Assembly: GCA_963796105.1 (NCBI GenBank) | Contig: CAWCKJ010000004.1 | Span: 320,001 to 384,000 of the forward strand | Direction of reading: 5' to 3' | DNA: 64,000 nt | From: a candidate division FCPU426 bacterium | GTDB taxonomy: Bacteria > Oederibacteriota > Muellerivitia > Muellerivitales > Muellerivitaceae | Part shown: piece by piece, positions 9,790 to 20,164 of the stretch | How the letters are laid out: each line of letters begins with the position of its first letter | How positions within the stretch are numbered: the stretch's first letter is position 1 | Notes under the pieces: generated by a model | What the model was told of the DNA's origin: nothing | Database searches by the model: none | The model's input: the letters and a program-made list of their open reading frames with translations, nothing else | Translations under genes and position numbers: made by a program

Positions 9790-11517
9790 TCAGGGGATGC
9801 AGATTTTCCATTCTTCATCCGCGAAATCCTTAACTTTTTCCAGCACTTTCGCCACCGGAACTTTGGAGACATCCTTCTCCCGTCGTCGTTTCACCTCGAT
9901 TAAACCCTCTTTCAAACCTCTCGCGCCCACCCTTACCGAAACAGGCAATCCCAACAGGTCGGCGTCCTTGAACTTAAACCCTGCGGTGGCATCCACGCGG
10001 TCATCGTATAGGACCTCGTAACCGGCTTTCATTAAATCCTCGTAACATTTATCGGCGATTTGGGCCACTTCAGGCTCCGCCGGATTTAGGCAAAGCAGGT
10101 GCACCTGGTATGGCGCGATAGAGATTGGCCACCGGATTCCATCCGAGTCGTTGTGCTGCTCGATAGCCGCCCCAACTGTACGGGTGACGCCGATGCCGTA
10201 ACAACCCATGACGGCTTCTTTCTCCTGCATCTTTTCGTCAAAGAAAATGCAATGCATGGCGGAAGAATACTTGAGCCCCAACTTGAATGTCTGGCCCACC
10301 TCGATTCCCCTCCCTGCCATTACGGGTTTACCGCACTTGGGGCAGCCCTCTCCCGAGACCACACTTCGAAAATCACCCCACTCGGGCTCTGGAAAATCCC
10401 TGCCAAACTCGACATTTTTCAGGTGAATATCCTTTTCCAGCCCGCCGGTCACATATTGATGTCCTCCCTGAAGGGCCTGATCCGAGATCACGCGGACCCC
10501 CTTCAAGCCAACAGGTCCCGCGAACCCCACAGGGGTTCCTGTTACCTCCACAACTTTTTCGGCGGAAGCCAGGGAAAGTTCGGCGGCCTGGAGATGGTTT
10601 TTGACCTTAATCTCATTTACCTCATGGTCTCCCCGGACCATGACCGCCACCGGTTTTCCATCCGCTATAAAAATAAGGGTCTTGATGAATTGTTGGGGCG
10701 GCAACTTCAAGAAATGGCCGACGTCCTCCACCGTGTGTTTACCGGGTGTTTCCACCCTGGAATAAGCCGGGCCAGCCTCTTTAGCGGGATGGGGTATTGA
10801 AACCGAGGTGGCTTTTTCCAGGTTGGCGGCATAACCGCAAGCCTCACACATGGCGATGGCGGCCTCGCCGGACTCTGCCAATACCATGAATTCGTGCGTA
10901 AAACTTCCTCCGATGAGGCCCGAGTCCGCCTCTACCGGTGAAAAAGCCAACCCGCACCGCTTGAATATCCGCTTATAGGCCTCCACCATGGCCCAATAGG
11001 TCTTGTCGCAGGCTTCGTCATCCACATCGAAGGAATAACCGTCCTTCATGAGGAATTCCCGACTCCGCATGACCCCAAACCTGGGGCGGACCTCGTCCCG
11101 GAATTTAGTGGCGATTTGAAAAAGATTTAACGGCAGTTGTTTATAACTTTTAAGCTCCCGCCGAACCAAGTCGGTGACAACCTCTTCATGGGTGGGCCCA
11201 AGGGCGTATTCCCTTTCGTGGCGGTCTTTCAAGCGCATGAGTTCCTTGCCATATTTCTGCCATCGACCCGTCTCCACCCACAGTTCGGCAGGTGTCATGA
11301 TGGGAAGAAGGACTTCCTGGGCCCCAGCGCGCGTCATTTCCTCCCTGATGATATTTGAAACTTTTAATATGGACCTTACGCCTAGTGGAAGATATTCGTA
11401 AATGCCCGAAGCCACCTTGCGCATCAAACCGGCCCTGAGCATCAGTTTATGGGACGGGATTTCCGCCTCGCCAGGTGTTTCCTTAACAGTGGGAATCAGG
11501 GCTTTGGAGACTCGCAT
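9790..11517 (-). CDS. proS: Proline--tRNA ligase (bacterial type with editing insert)
   Basis: SHKLMLRAG, LGPTHEE, FRDEVRPRFG, MGCYGIG; likely start MRVSKAL at 11517. Confidence 0.98.
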   Translation of the reverse strand: MRVSKALIPTVKETPGEAEIPSHKLMLRAGLMRKVASGIYEYLPLGVRSILKVSNIIREEMTRAGAQEVLLPIMTPAELWVETGRWQKYGKELMRLKDRHEREYALGPTHEEVVTDLVRRELKSYKQLPLNLFQIATKFRDEVRPRFGVMRSREFLMKDGYSFDVDDEACDKTYWAMVEAYKRIFKRCGLAFSPVEADSGLIGGSFTHEFMVLAESGEAAIAMCEACGYAANLEKATSVSIPHPAKEAGPAYSRVETPGKHTVEDVGHFLKLPPQQFIKTLIFIADGKPVAVMVRGDHEVNEIKVKNHLQAAELSLASAEKVVEVTGTPVGFAGPVGLKGVRVISDQALQGGHQYVTGGLEKDIHLKNVEFGRDFPEPEWGDFRSVVSGEGCPKCGKPVMAGRGIEVGQTFKLGLKYSSAMHCIFFDEKMQEKEAVMGCYGIGVTRTVGAAIEQHNDSDGIRWPISIAPYQVHLLCLNPAEPEVAQIADKCYEDLMKAGYEVLYDDRVDATAGFKFKDADLLGLPVSVRVGARGLKEGLIEVKRRREKDVSKVPVAKVLEKVKDFADEEWKICIP

Positions 11518-11678
11518 AAAATTCCTTTTTAATTGATTGGGCAATGGATAAAAGTTAGGAGTTCGGTGATCCTCACCCCTTTGAGCAACTATTTTCTTCA
11601 ATTGTTGGATTTCAGCAAGGATTTAAATCAGGAGATCCATCAGGGATAGAAAAAACTCAACCGTTCCAGAAACTGGAT

Positions 11679-12773
11679 TCAGCCTTTTCGGGACATTTCC
11701 TCGGCCCTTTTCTTAATCTCATCGATCAAATGAGGCACAAGTTCTTCTTCCTTCAAGCGGGTCTTAACCACGCCCTTCTCGAATATGACCCCATGGCCCT
11801 TTTCGGAGCAAAGTCCGATGTCCGCCTCAGCGCCCTCGCCCAGTCCGTTCACCACGCAGCCCATGACGGCCACCCTCATGGGGGCCTTCATGTTCAGGGT
11901 GGCTGTTTCCACGGCGTCCACCATTGATTCCAGGTCCACATGACAGCGCCCACAAGTGGGACAGGCCACGATATCGACCCCTTCCTTCTTGAAACCCATG
12001 GATCTCAGGAGATGGGTGGCCACCTTCACCTCTTCCACCGGATCAGCGGTAAGAGAAACCCGTATGGTATCCCCGATGCCATCCGCCAAAACCGCCCCGA
12101 TACCCGCCGCGCTCTTGGTGATACCCTGGGTCTTGGTGCCTGCCTCCGTGACTCCCACATGAAAGGGATAATCACATTTTTCAGCCAGAAAACGGTATGA
12201 GCGGATCATGGTGGGAACATGGGAGCTCTTAACCGAGATAATCATGTTTTGGTATCCGAGTGTCTCAATGAAGCGGACGTGCCTCAGGGCCGATTCCACA
12301 ATGGCTTCAGGGGTGGGATGTCCGTATTTCTCAAGCAGGTCCTTTTCCAAGGAACCGGAGTTCACGCCCACCCTCATGGCCACTTTATGCTTTTTGCACT
12401 TTTCGACGACTTGCGCCAAGCGGTCCATTCCGCCGATATTTCCCGGATTGATCCGGATTTTATCCGCCCCCTCATCCACGGCTCCCAGGGCAATCTGGTA
12501 GGCAAAATGAATATCCGCCACCAAGGGAACTTTCATTTTCGATTTGATCTTTCCCAGGGCCTTCAGGGATTTCTGGTTTTCCACAGTCACCCTGATAATC
12601 TCGCACCCTGCGTCTTCCAGTCGTTTGATCTGATCGATGGTTTCCTGGACGTCATGGGTGTGGGTATTGGTCATGGATTGGATGGAGATAGGAGCCCCTC
12701 CCCCTACTTGAACCTTTCCCACCATGACTGGACGGGTCGCGCGGCGCTTGATTTCGTAAAATTGCTCAGCCAT
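11679..12773 (-). CDS. ispG: 4-hydroxy-3-methylbut-2-enyl-diphosphate synthase
   Basis: IQSMTNT, ADIHF, RINPGN, CPTCGR, MGCVVNG; likely start MAEQFY at 12773. Confidence 0.98.
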   Translation of the reverse strand: MAEQFYEIKRRATRPVMVGKVQVGGGAPISIQSMTNTHTHDVQETIDQIKRLEDAGCEIIRVTVENQKSLKALGKIKSKMKVPLVADIHFAYQIALGAVDEGADKIRINPGNIGGMDRLAQVVEKCKKHKVAMRVGVNSGSLEKDLLEKYGHPTPEAIVESALRHVRFIETLGYQNMIISVKSSHVPTMIRSYRFLAEKCDYPFHVGVTEAGTKTQGITKSAAGIGAVLADGIGDTIRVSLTADPVEEVKVATHLLRSMGFKKEGVDIVACPTCGRCHVDLESMVDAVETATLNMKAPMRVAVMGCVVNGLGEGAEADIGLCSEKGHGVIFEKGVVKTRLKEEELVPHLIDEIKKRAEEMSRKG

Positions 12774-12942
12774 GTTTACCCCTAAAATTGCTTTTACAAA
12801 AGAGTCGATTTGCGCCTTATCCGCGAAATTTCTTGCTTGCATTAAGGACAAGACGACAAGTTTTTACTCTGAGGAAATACATTGTCATATTAGCTGACAT
12901 TTTAAGCGGGTTTCAAGCCGTGAAAAAAAACGCAGGGGATCA

Positions 12943-15426
12943 TTAACGGAAGATGAGCAATTTCATGACTTGGTTAGTTTCCTGACCACCGGAACTTCTT
13001 TCCAAAACCACATAATAAAGCCCATTTGCCAGGTTCAAGCCGGATTGGATCCAGTTCAATTGATAGGGGTGCATCCCGACGGTTGTGGGTAATCTATCCT
13101 GCTCGTAAATTTTACGGAATGCAGTGGTGAATACCTTCACCTTAACTTGATCCGCCGGAGCGCTCAAATTGTAATAAAAACTCAATGGAGTATTATCCTT
13201 TATTGGATTAGGAAATAGAACGTTGAAATTCGTAACAGTGGCCGTTGTGGTAGGTGAAATGGTGGGCGTCAGTGTGACCGTAGGCGTCAAAGTGATAGTG
13301 GGAGTACAGGTATGCCCAGATCCATCAGTACAGGGCGATGGTGATGGAGTAGCTGTAGGCGCTCCCGCGCGAACAAACTGTAGGACTGTGATGGAATAGG
13401 GTCCGAAAGTGGCTGGGAAGGATGAGGTCACACCTGTCAAAGTAATGGTAGTCGGAGCCGTATCCGGCGAGGCGTGATAAGGTGTATTCCCGGTAGTCAC
13501 CCATTGGTAATTGGTTGAGTTATAGGTCCACTCATTGGCGGTGCCGGCAGGGGTGAAGGGTATGCCCGTTACCCAGGTGTTGTAAGTGTTAGTTGGGTCT
13601 TTGTTGACCACGGCCAGGGAAAGGATGCCGTCAGGCCGGTAGTCCGCATAGGCCGCCAAGAGGGAGGCTGTGCAGTTGGACTTTACCATCTGGTGGGCAT
13701 TGGTGTCACCGGAAATGGCCCAGTTGTTGGTCATCATCTGCATGGCCCAATAGGTGGCGCGAGGCGCCAAGTTATAGTTCACATCCAAGTAACCCAAATC
13801 CCCCCCTGTCGTACTGTAATCCCCGCTTCCACCATTTAAGGTATCCCATAGATTACAATAACCCCGGCTCCCAAAATCAGCGATGAAATGACCCAATGCG
13901 TCAGCCAGCCAGAGCCCATTTCCCAGTTGTACTTGAAAATTCTCATCACCAGGGTCAACGTTGTATTCCGTCATCATCACTGGCACAGTGTTGGGGTTGG
14001 TGACACCGGCGTTCGAAAGCCATCCGTTCAATTGCCCCGGGTATGAATCCAAGGTGGAGGTGCTGGCCAAGGCACTCGCGGCGGAATAGCTCCCCCCTTC
14101 GGGGTACCAGTGGAAATCAATGGCGTTTAGGTGGTCGAGTTTCCCCTTGGCTTTTAAAATCCCGATGAAATCCTGCATCACACCATTTCCATCGTACATG
14201 TTGGAAGGGGTGTTGAACCCGCCCGCCACCGGGCCGGTGATGACAATCGAGGGATCCACAGCCTTCATGGCGTCGTAATACTCGATGTAGCGTCTGACAT
14301 AATCCTGGGTGGGGATGGGCCCCCCCGCTTCCCAAAAACCCTCGTCCTCGTTGCCGATCTGCCAGTAATGGCAACCAGCCCAGTTCGGGTATTGCGGATG
14401 CGCCACCTTATTGGAGTAATAAACCCACGAGGCCGCCTCGGACGGAGTACCGGTCCCGAAATTCACGGTGATGACCGGAACAGCCTGGGTGTTGGCACCA
14501 AAGGCGTTCATGAAAGTCATGTAGGAAGAAAAGTCAAAATCCGAATATTGATAATTGTCGCTGGAGGAAGGGTCCACGCTGGAAACCCAAGCGGAGTCTC
14601 CAGCGGAAACTAGGGTGGTCCCGTTGTAAAGGGAGACTTCTGCGATGGCGTAGGCTGGGCCCGAGACGATGGTCGTCCCCAGGTTGGCCGTCACAGACCC
14701 CGAGCAGGCGGTCATGAGGATTCGAAGATACTGGGGATTGATCGAACCGAAAGTGATCCCTTGGGTACCGCCGGTGCCCGTCACGGTCACCACGGAGGAC
14801 CAATTGCTTTCCATAACCCCGTTACTCCAGGGCCATCCGTTGTAGTACTGGACCTGGAAAGTGGTGGCGTAGGGATTGCCCCAGACGATGGTGACGGCGT
14901 TGATAGTACTGCCTCCCACCGAGATTTGGGCCCATTGGTGGTAGGGCAGGTCCGTGTCCACGTTGGATAGCCAAGTCGTGCCAGTGCTTCCATCTGTAAG
15001 GTTGGAATAATTACCCGCATTGGAAGCCGTGGTGCCCGCGTATGTCTGGTTACATTGGAAGCCGGAGGAATAACTGGTTCCGCTGGGGGCCCAATAACCG
15101 AATCCTTTACTGGCACCGCCAGCCCCGGACGCATCCGCTATCCAGGTACCGTTCCCGTTCCAATGGTAAATATCCGAGGTGGAACCACCGGGATAACGGA
15201 TAAAATAATTCCCAGCTGCTTGGATAAATGGCTGTGCAGCAAAGTAATTACCGTTTGAATTCCAGACAGCCGTGTTGTTCCCGAATATGCTGATTGGAAT
15301 AAATGAGGAAACCGTGGTTGCGGCATTGATCGTAATAGTGGCAGGTTGGGTTTGGGCGGCAAGATAAAACGGCCAAGCCATAATAAAAGACGCCGCGATG
15401 ATAGATTTAAATTTGATTAATTTCAT
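12943..15426 (-). CDS. Secreted clan-A glycoside hydrolase (GH44/GH51-like) with inserted F5/8 (CBM32-like) module, Thr/Pro linker and T9SS-like C-terminal domain
   Basis: Signal peptide; RYPGGS, WQIGNE (acid/base), MMTEYN (nucleophile); TDGSTGTTW...YLRILMT...IAEV discoidin pattern; TPT repeats; FPNP...LANGLYY...KLLIFR tail. Confidence 0.75.
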   Translation of the reverse strand: MKLIKFKSIIAASFIMAWPFYLAAQTQPATITINAATTVSSFIPISIFGNNTAVWNSNGNYFAAQPFIQAAGNYFIRYPGGSTSDIYHWNGNGTWIADASGAGGASKGFGYWAPSGTSYSSGFQCNQTYAGTTASNAGNYSNLTDGSTGTTWLSNVDTDLPYHQWAQISVGGSTINAVTIVWGNPYATTFQVQYYNGWPWSNGVMESNWSSVVTVTGTGGTQGITFGSINPQYLRILMTACSGSVTANLGTTIVSGPAYAIAEVSLYNGTTLVSAGDSAWVSSVDPSSSDNYQYSDFDFSSYMTFMNAFGANTQAVPVITVNFGTGTPSEAASWVYYSNKVAHPQYPNWAGCHYWQIGNEDEGFWEAGGPIPTQDYVRRYIEYYDAMKAVDPSIVITGPVAGGFNTPSNMYDGNGVMQDFIGILKAKGKLDHLNAIDFHWYPEGGSYSAASALASTSTLDSYPGQLNGWLSNAGVTNPNTVPVMMTEYNVDPGDENFQVQLGNGLWLADALGHFIADFGSRGYCNLWDTLNGGSGDYSTTGGDLGYLDVNYNLAPRATYWAMQMMTNNWAISGDTNAHQMVKSNCTASLLAAYADYRPDGILSLAVVNKDPTNTYNTWVTGIPFTPAGTANEWTYNSTNYQWVTTGNTPYHASPDTAPTTITLTGVTSSFPATFGPYSITVLQFVRAGAPTATPSPSPCTDGSGHTCTPTITLTPTVTLTPTISPTTTATVTNFNVLFPNPIKDNTPLSFYYNLSAPADQVKVKVFTTAFRKIYEQDRLPTTVGMHPYQLNWIQSGLNLANGLYYVVLERSSGGQETNQVMKLLIFR

Positions 15427-15597
15427 TTCTGGTTAAACCTCGTTATCCTATTGTGACATTAGACGCTTGCCCTTCGAATTCAGAGCAAGCATATGGATGA
15501 AAATTACTAAAAGAAACATCCGCGGGAAATTGGTTGCTATGAAACCACAAAAAAGCTTCCAAACCAACGTAAAATAAAGGTACGGAAAAGATTTACA

Positions 15598-15609
15598 GGA
15601 AGCGCTTTC
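15598..15609. promoter_or_regulatory. Possible LacI-family operator
   Basis: GGAAGCGCTTTC, a CG-centred near-palindrome upstream of the hydrolase gene. Confidence 0.35.
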
Positions 15610-15691
15610 GGTCTTGAACCGGTTTCTGTATTAAAATAAGTTCTCTTCAACAAGCCAGTTGGCAAAATGAAAATCATAAAAACGCTTTATA

Positions 15692-16585
15692 ATGGATTTT
15701 ATCTTGGAAAAACAAAAGATAATCGTGTTGGCCGCGGGAAGTTTGGGAGATTGTCTCCTCACTTTGCCGGCGCTTCAATACCTTCAATCTTCCACCCCGG
15801 TTTCGGTGGCAGGAACCGCTCCATACCGGGCCCTGGGTGCTGATTTATTAGGCGTCCAGGAAATCCTTCCCTTGGAGCAAATTCTCCAAAACCTGCTTGT
15901 TAATGATTTCGACGCCGTGTGGAATCAATACAGCGATGTCTATCTATTCTTCAAGGAATCCGATGACAAGATACTAAAAAAGTTCAAGGAATTCCCCAGG
16001 TTGAAAATCCATCAGCCTTCCAAATCTTTCGAGGCGTTTCTCCAGGAGGCGCGATGGGCGGCCGAATACTGGCTTGAGGCGGCTGCTGGTAAAGCTCTTC
16101 CGCCCGATTCTCCCTTTAGGTTATCAAAACTCAAGATTGACGATTCCATGCGTAAAAGGGGAGAATCCATCTTGATCTCTTTAGGAATGTCTTCGCCCTT
16201 GGTCATCCATCCGGGTAGCGGAAGCCCGGCCAAGAACGCCCCTCTTTCTTTTTTTCGAAACGCCGCAGAGAGAGCTGTTAAAGAATCCCAGAAGCAGGTA
16301 TTGGTGATCTGGGGAGAGGCGGAAGAAAAATATATCGACCAAATCCGAGAAACTTTCGCGGATTTAAAGGACGTGGTCGTCCTGAAAAGCCCCCTAGATC
16401 TCAGGGATTTAGCGGCCGTTTTATCCCAATCCGCGGTATTTCTCGGAAATGACAGCGGAGTGACTCAATTGGCCTCGGCTTGCGGGTTGAGGACTTTCGC
16501 GGTTTTCTCCTCAACAGATTCGCGGATTTGGGGCCCACAAGAAGCCGTCATTTTGGAAGCAATGAAAAATTTTTACAAAAACTAA
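15692..16585 (+). CDS. Glycosyltransferase family 9 (LPS heptosyltransferase-like)
   Basis: GSLGDCLLTLP, IHPGSG, FLGNDSG motifs. Confidence 0.9.
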   Translation: MDFILEKQKIIVLAAGSLGDCLLTLPALQYLQSSTPVSVAGTAPYRALGADLLGVQEILPLEQILQNLLVNDFDAVWNQYSDVYLFFKESDDKILKKFKEFPRLKIHQPSKSFEAFLQEARWAAEYWLEAAAGKALPPDSPFRLSKLKIDDSMRKRGESILISLGMSSPLVIHPGSGSPAKNAPLSFFRNAAERAVKESQKQVLVIWGEAEEKYIDQIRETFADLKDVVVLKSPLDLRDLAAVLSQSAVFLGNDSGVTQLASACGLRTFAVFSSTDSRIWGPQEAVILEAMKNFYKN

Positions 16586-16652
16586 TACTAACAAGTTCCG
16601 GTAAATAAATTAAATGTTCCAGGGCTCAATTTGCGCTGGAAAAAGTTATAAA

Positions 16653-17555
16653 TTATTTGCCTTTTTTTAACCTGGTTTTCTTGCCCTTGAGGGCTTCCAC
16701 CAAGGCGTTTCCAATCTCACCCGGACTTTGGGCCACCACGATACCGGCCGCCTCGAGAGCCTCGATCTTCTCCTTGGCTGTTCCATGACCGCCTGAGACA
16801 ACCGCCCCTGCGTGTCCCATGCGCTTGCCTGGCGGGGCCGTCATACCAGCGATGAAGGCCGCGACTGGTTTTTTCATTTCCTTTTTAACGTATTGGGCCG
16901 CCTCTTCCTCGGCGGTTCCACCGATCTCTCCGATCAGGATGACTGCCTGGGTTCCCTTGTCCCGGTTGAAGGCTTCCAAAGAGTCCCGGTGGGTGGTGCC
17001 GACAATGGGGTCTCCCCCAATGCCCAAGCATGTGGACTGGCCCAAACCTAACTGGGTGACCTGCCAAACCGCCTCATAGGTCAAGGTACCGGACCTGGAA
17101 ACAATACCGATCTTCCCGGGTTTATGGATATAACCCGGCATGATGCCGACCTTGGCCTCACCCGGCGTGATGATTCCAGGGCAATTTGGCCCGATCAAAC
17201 AGATTTGAGGATAATTTTCTAGTTGTTTAACAACCCGTGCCATGTCATTGGCGGGAATTCCTTCCGTAATGCAAACGATGAGTTTGATCCCGGCCGCTGC
17301 GGCCTCGAGAATGGCGTCCGCCGCGAACATGGCCGGCACGAATATCATGCTGGTGTCGGCTCCGGTCTTTCCAACCGCATCCGAAACAGTGTCAAACACC
17401 TTGAATCCCTCGACGTCCGTCCCGCCTTTACCCGGCGTGACGCCTCCTACCATCTTGGTTCCGTATTCACGGCATGCCTTTGAGTGAAATAAGCCGGCAG
17501 AACCGGTGATACCCTGGCAAATGACTTTCGCGTTCTTGCTCAATAATATGCTCAT
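16653..17555 (-). CDS. sucD: Succinyl-CoA synthetase alpha subunit
   Basis: [27 protein letters not shown]. Confidence 0.98.
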   Translation of the reverse strand: MSILLSKNAKVICQGITGSAGLFHSKACREYGTKMVGGVTPGKGGTDVEGFKVFDTVSDAVGKTGADTSMIFVPAMFAADAILEAAAAGIKLIVCITEGIPANDMARVVKQLENYPQICLIGPNCPGIITPGEAKVGIMPGYIHKPGKIGIVSRSGTLTYEAVWQVTQLGLGQSTCLGIGGDPIVGTTHRDSLEAFNRDKGTQAVILIGEIGGTAEEEAAQYVKKEMKKPVAAFIAGMTAPPGKRMGHAGAVVSGGHGTAKEKIEALEAAGIVVAQSPGEIGNALVEALKGKKTRLKKGK

Positions 17556-18724
17556 TGTCTCGGCCCTCCCGCCGCGGCTACCGCGGCTTTGGCGGCCTCG
17601 TCCATACTGGAAGCGAAACTATAGGCGAGGTCGGATTTGGCCAGTATTTGCTTTCCTTGCTCCACGTTGGTCCCCTCCAAACGGATGACCATGGGCAGTT
17701 TCATGCCCACCTCCCGCGCGGCGTCCAGGATGCCCTGGGCGATCACATCGCATTTCATGATGCCCCCGAAAATATTGACGAGGACAGCCTTGACGCGGTT
17801 ATCTGACAGGATGAGTTTGAACGCCTCGGTGACCGCCTTGGTGGTGGCCCCTCCACCGACATCCAGAAAATTAGCCGGCGATCCCCCGAAATGCTGGATA
17901 GCGTCGGCTGTGGCCATGGCCAATCCCGCCCCGTTCACCAGGCAGCCGATACTGCCGTCCAGGGAGATGTAGGATAGGCCAAATTCGGAAGCCTGGAGTT
18001 CCCTGGAATCCTCCTCGTCCGGATCACGCCAGGAAGCGTATTCCTTGTGTCTCGGCAAGCCGTTGTCATCAAAGGAAATTTTCGCGTCAAGGCAGTGAAG
18101 ATCCCCGTTCTTTAGAACCACCAGAGGATTGACTTCCGCCAACGTCAAATCCAAGTCCAGGAATATTCGGACAAGGTCCTGGAACAATTTGGCTCCCTGG
18201 TTGATCTTATCCTGGGCCAAGCCCAAGGACAAATGAAGTTGGCGGGCTTGGTAGGGCTGTAATCCTATTACCGGATCCAGGGGAATCTTTTGGATGGCCC
18301 CGGGTTTTGTGGCCGCCAGTTCCTCGATCTCGGTGCCCCCTTCGGAAGAGGCCAAAATCACTGGACTACGGCTCGCCCGGTCAAGAACCACACCGACATA
18401 AAGTTCACGGACGTACCCCAAAGCGGGCGTGATGAATATTTTTTTGACTAGGCGCCCTTGCGGACCGGTCTGAGGAGAGACAAGGGTCATCCCCAAAATA
18501 TCGCTGGCTTTCTGGCGGAGCTCTTCCTCCGTCTTGACCAGCTTCACGCCCCCGCCCTTTCCCCTGCCGCCCGCGTGGATCTGGGCCTTTACCACCCAGG
18601 GCCCCTCAGGAAAGCGCTTCAGGACGTCGTCCACTTCTTGAAGATGCTTGACCACCATGCCGGGCGCCACAGGCAGTCCGTACTTGGCGAAGATTTCCTT
18701 GGCTTGGTATTCATGTAGTTTCAA
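17552..18724 (-). CDS. sucC: Succinyl-CoA synthetase beta subunit
   Basis: [37 protein letters not shown]; likely TTG start at 18724. Confidence 0.98.
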   Translation of the reverse strand: MKLHEYQAKEIFAKYGLPVAPGMVVKHLQEVDDVLKRFPEGPWVVKAQIHAGGRGKGGGVKLVKTEEELRQKASDILGMTLVSPQTGPQGRLVKKIFITPALGYVRELYVGVVLDRASRSPVILASSEGGTEIEELAATKPGAIQKIPLDPVIGLQPYQARQLHLSLGLAQDKINQGAKLFQDLVRIFLDLDLTLAEVNPLVVLKNGDLHCLDAKISFDDNGLPRHKEYASWRDPDEEDSRELQASEFGLSYISLDGSIGCLVNGAGLAMATADAIQHFGGSPANFLDVGGGATTKAVTEAFKLILSDNRVKAVLVNIFGGIMKCDVIAQGILDAAREVGMKLPMVIRLEGTNVEQGKQILAKSDLAYSFASSMDEAAKAAVAAAGGPRQ

Positions 18725-18799
18725 AAAGCCCTCCCCTAAGGCTTTGGGATACGGCAGGGAGGCGGATTCATACCGCACCCAACCGAGAGTGAATACAAC

Positions 18800-20155
18800 T
18801 TAATGAAATTGGTTGTGGAATTTTTCCAGGTAGAGACTCCAAAAATCCATGACAACAGCTAAAACCATGAGCCCGATCACGAGGAACAACCCAACCTGTT
18901 GATAGACCATCTGCACCCTGACTGACACGGCTTTTCTCTTGATTCCCTCCACAAGACACAAAACTATCTGCCCCCCGTCCACCACAGGAATCGGAAGGAG
19001 GTTCATGATGCAAAGAACGAGGGAAATAAAAGCTATGATATTGAAGAACTCCTGCCAGCCTAACGACGCCTTTTGGTACATGACCCGCATAATGGTCACG
19101 GGACCGCCGATGTTATCTTTCAAGGAAATCTTACCTACCACCATTTCCCAGAGGGCATCCGCGTAAAGAAGCGTGGTCCCGGCGATTTTGGTTCCCGCCG
19201 CGCCGAAAGCTTCCATAGCGCCCATTTTACGGGAGTCGTATTCCATCGAATCCGAAGGGGAGATACCGATATGCTTATCCATCCCATCAAAAACTTTCTT
19301 TAACACCACTGGATAGGATTTTCCCTGTCTGGAAACCTGGAGATGAATCTCATCCGTTTTGGAATGATGAATGTTATAACTTATCTCTCCCCACTCAGAG
19401 ACATTCTGCCCGTCAACACTCACGATAACATCCCCTTCCATCAGGCCCGCTTTCCGAGCGGGGGAAGAAAAAGGCACCATCCCTATTACAGGAGGAAGCG
19501 ATTGAAATATTCCCAACTCAAAATCTTTCTTTTTAAGGTCGCCTGATAAAGTGCAATCGAAAGTTTTACCTTCCCGTTCCAGGGTAAGGGATACCCCGGC
19601 TTCGGGCTTTTTTTCTAACTTATCCAGTATATCTTCCACTGCCCGGTAAAGATTCTGGTAAGACTCTCCATTGACTTTCAGGAGGCGATCCCCTTTTTTC
19701 ATACCCGCAATCTCGGCCGCGCTGTGGGGAGGGATAAACCCCAATATTGGTTTTTCCATCGGGACCTTGTCCCCAATAACCCAAAAAAGGAGGAAATACA
19801 AGCAAAACGCTGAAACGAAATTCATGCCGGGACCGGCCAGGAAGATAAATATCCTCTTCCACCAGGCGGCGTTGAGAAAATCACCAGGTTCCGGGGGCTT
19901 CTCGTACATTTTCTCGGCGCTTTCTCCGCTCAGGTCCCCGCCTTGTGGTTTGCAGAATCCCCCCAGGGGAAATGCCCTGATGGAATAGAGCGTTTTCCCC
20001 CACTTCCGGCTTGTAAGGAGCGGCCCAAATCCCAATGCGAACTCCTCAACCTCGACTTTGAATAGCCGGCAAACGAGGAAGTGGCCCCCCTCGTGGATGA
20101 AAATCATGAATCCGAAAGCCACGATAACTTCTATCAGCCAACCAATTGAGTTCAT
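18800..20155 (-). CDS. rseP: RIP metalloprotease RseP (two PDZ domains)
   Basis: HEGGH zinc motif, NLLPIPVVDGG; follows dxr. Confidence 0.95.
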   Translation of the reverse strand: MNSIGWLIEVIVAFGFMIFIHEGGHFLVCRLFKVEVEEFALGFGPLLTSRKWGKTLYSIRAFPLGGFCKPQGGDLSGESAEKMYEKPPEPGDFLNAAWWKRIFIFLAGPGMNFVSAFCLYFLLFWVIGDKVPMEKPILGFIPPHSAAEIAGMKKGDRLLKVNGESYQNLYRAVEDILDKLEKKPEAGVSLTLEREGKTFDCTLSGDLKKKDFELGIFQSLPPVIGMVPFSSPARKAGLMEGDVIVSVDGQNVSEWGEISYNIHHSKTDEIHLQVSRQGKSYPVVLKKVFDGMDKHIGISPSDSMEYDSRKMGAMEAFGAAGTKIAGTTLLYADALWEMVVGKISLKDNIGGPVTIMRVMYQKASLGWQEFFNIIAFISLVLCIMNLLPIPVVDGGQIVLCLVEGIKRKAVSVRVQMVYQQVGLFLVIGLMVLAVVMDFWSLYLEKFHNQFH

Positions 20156-20164
20156 GAGATTTCC

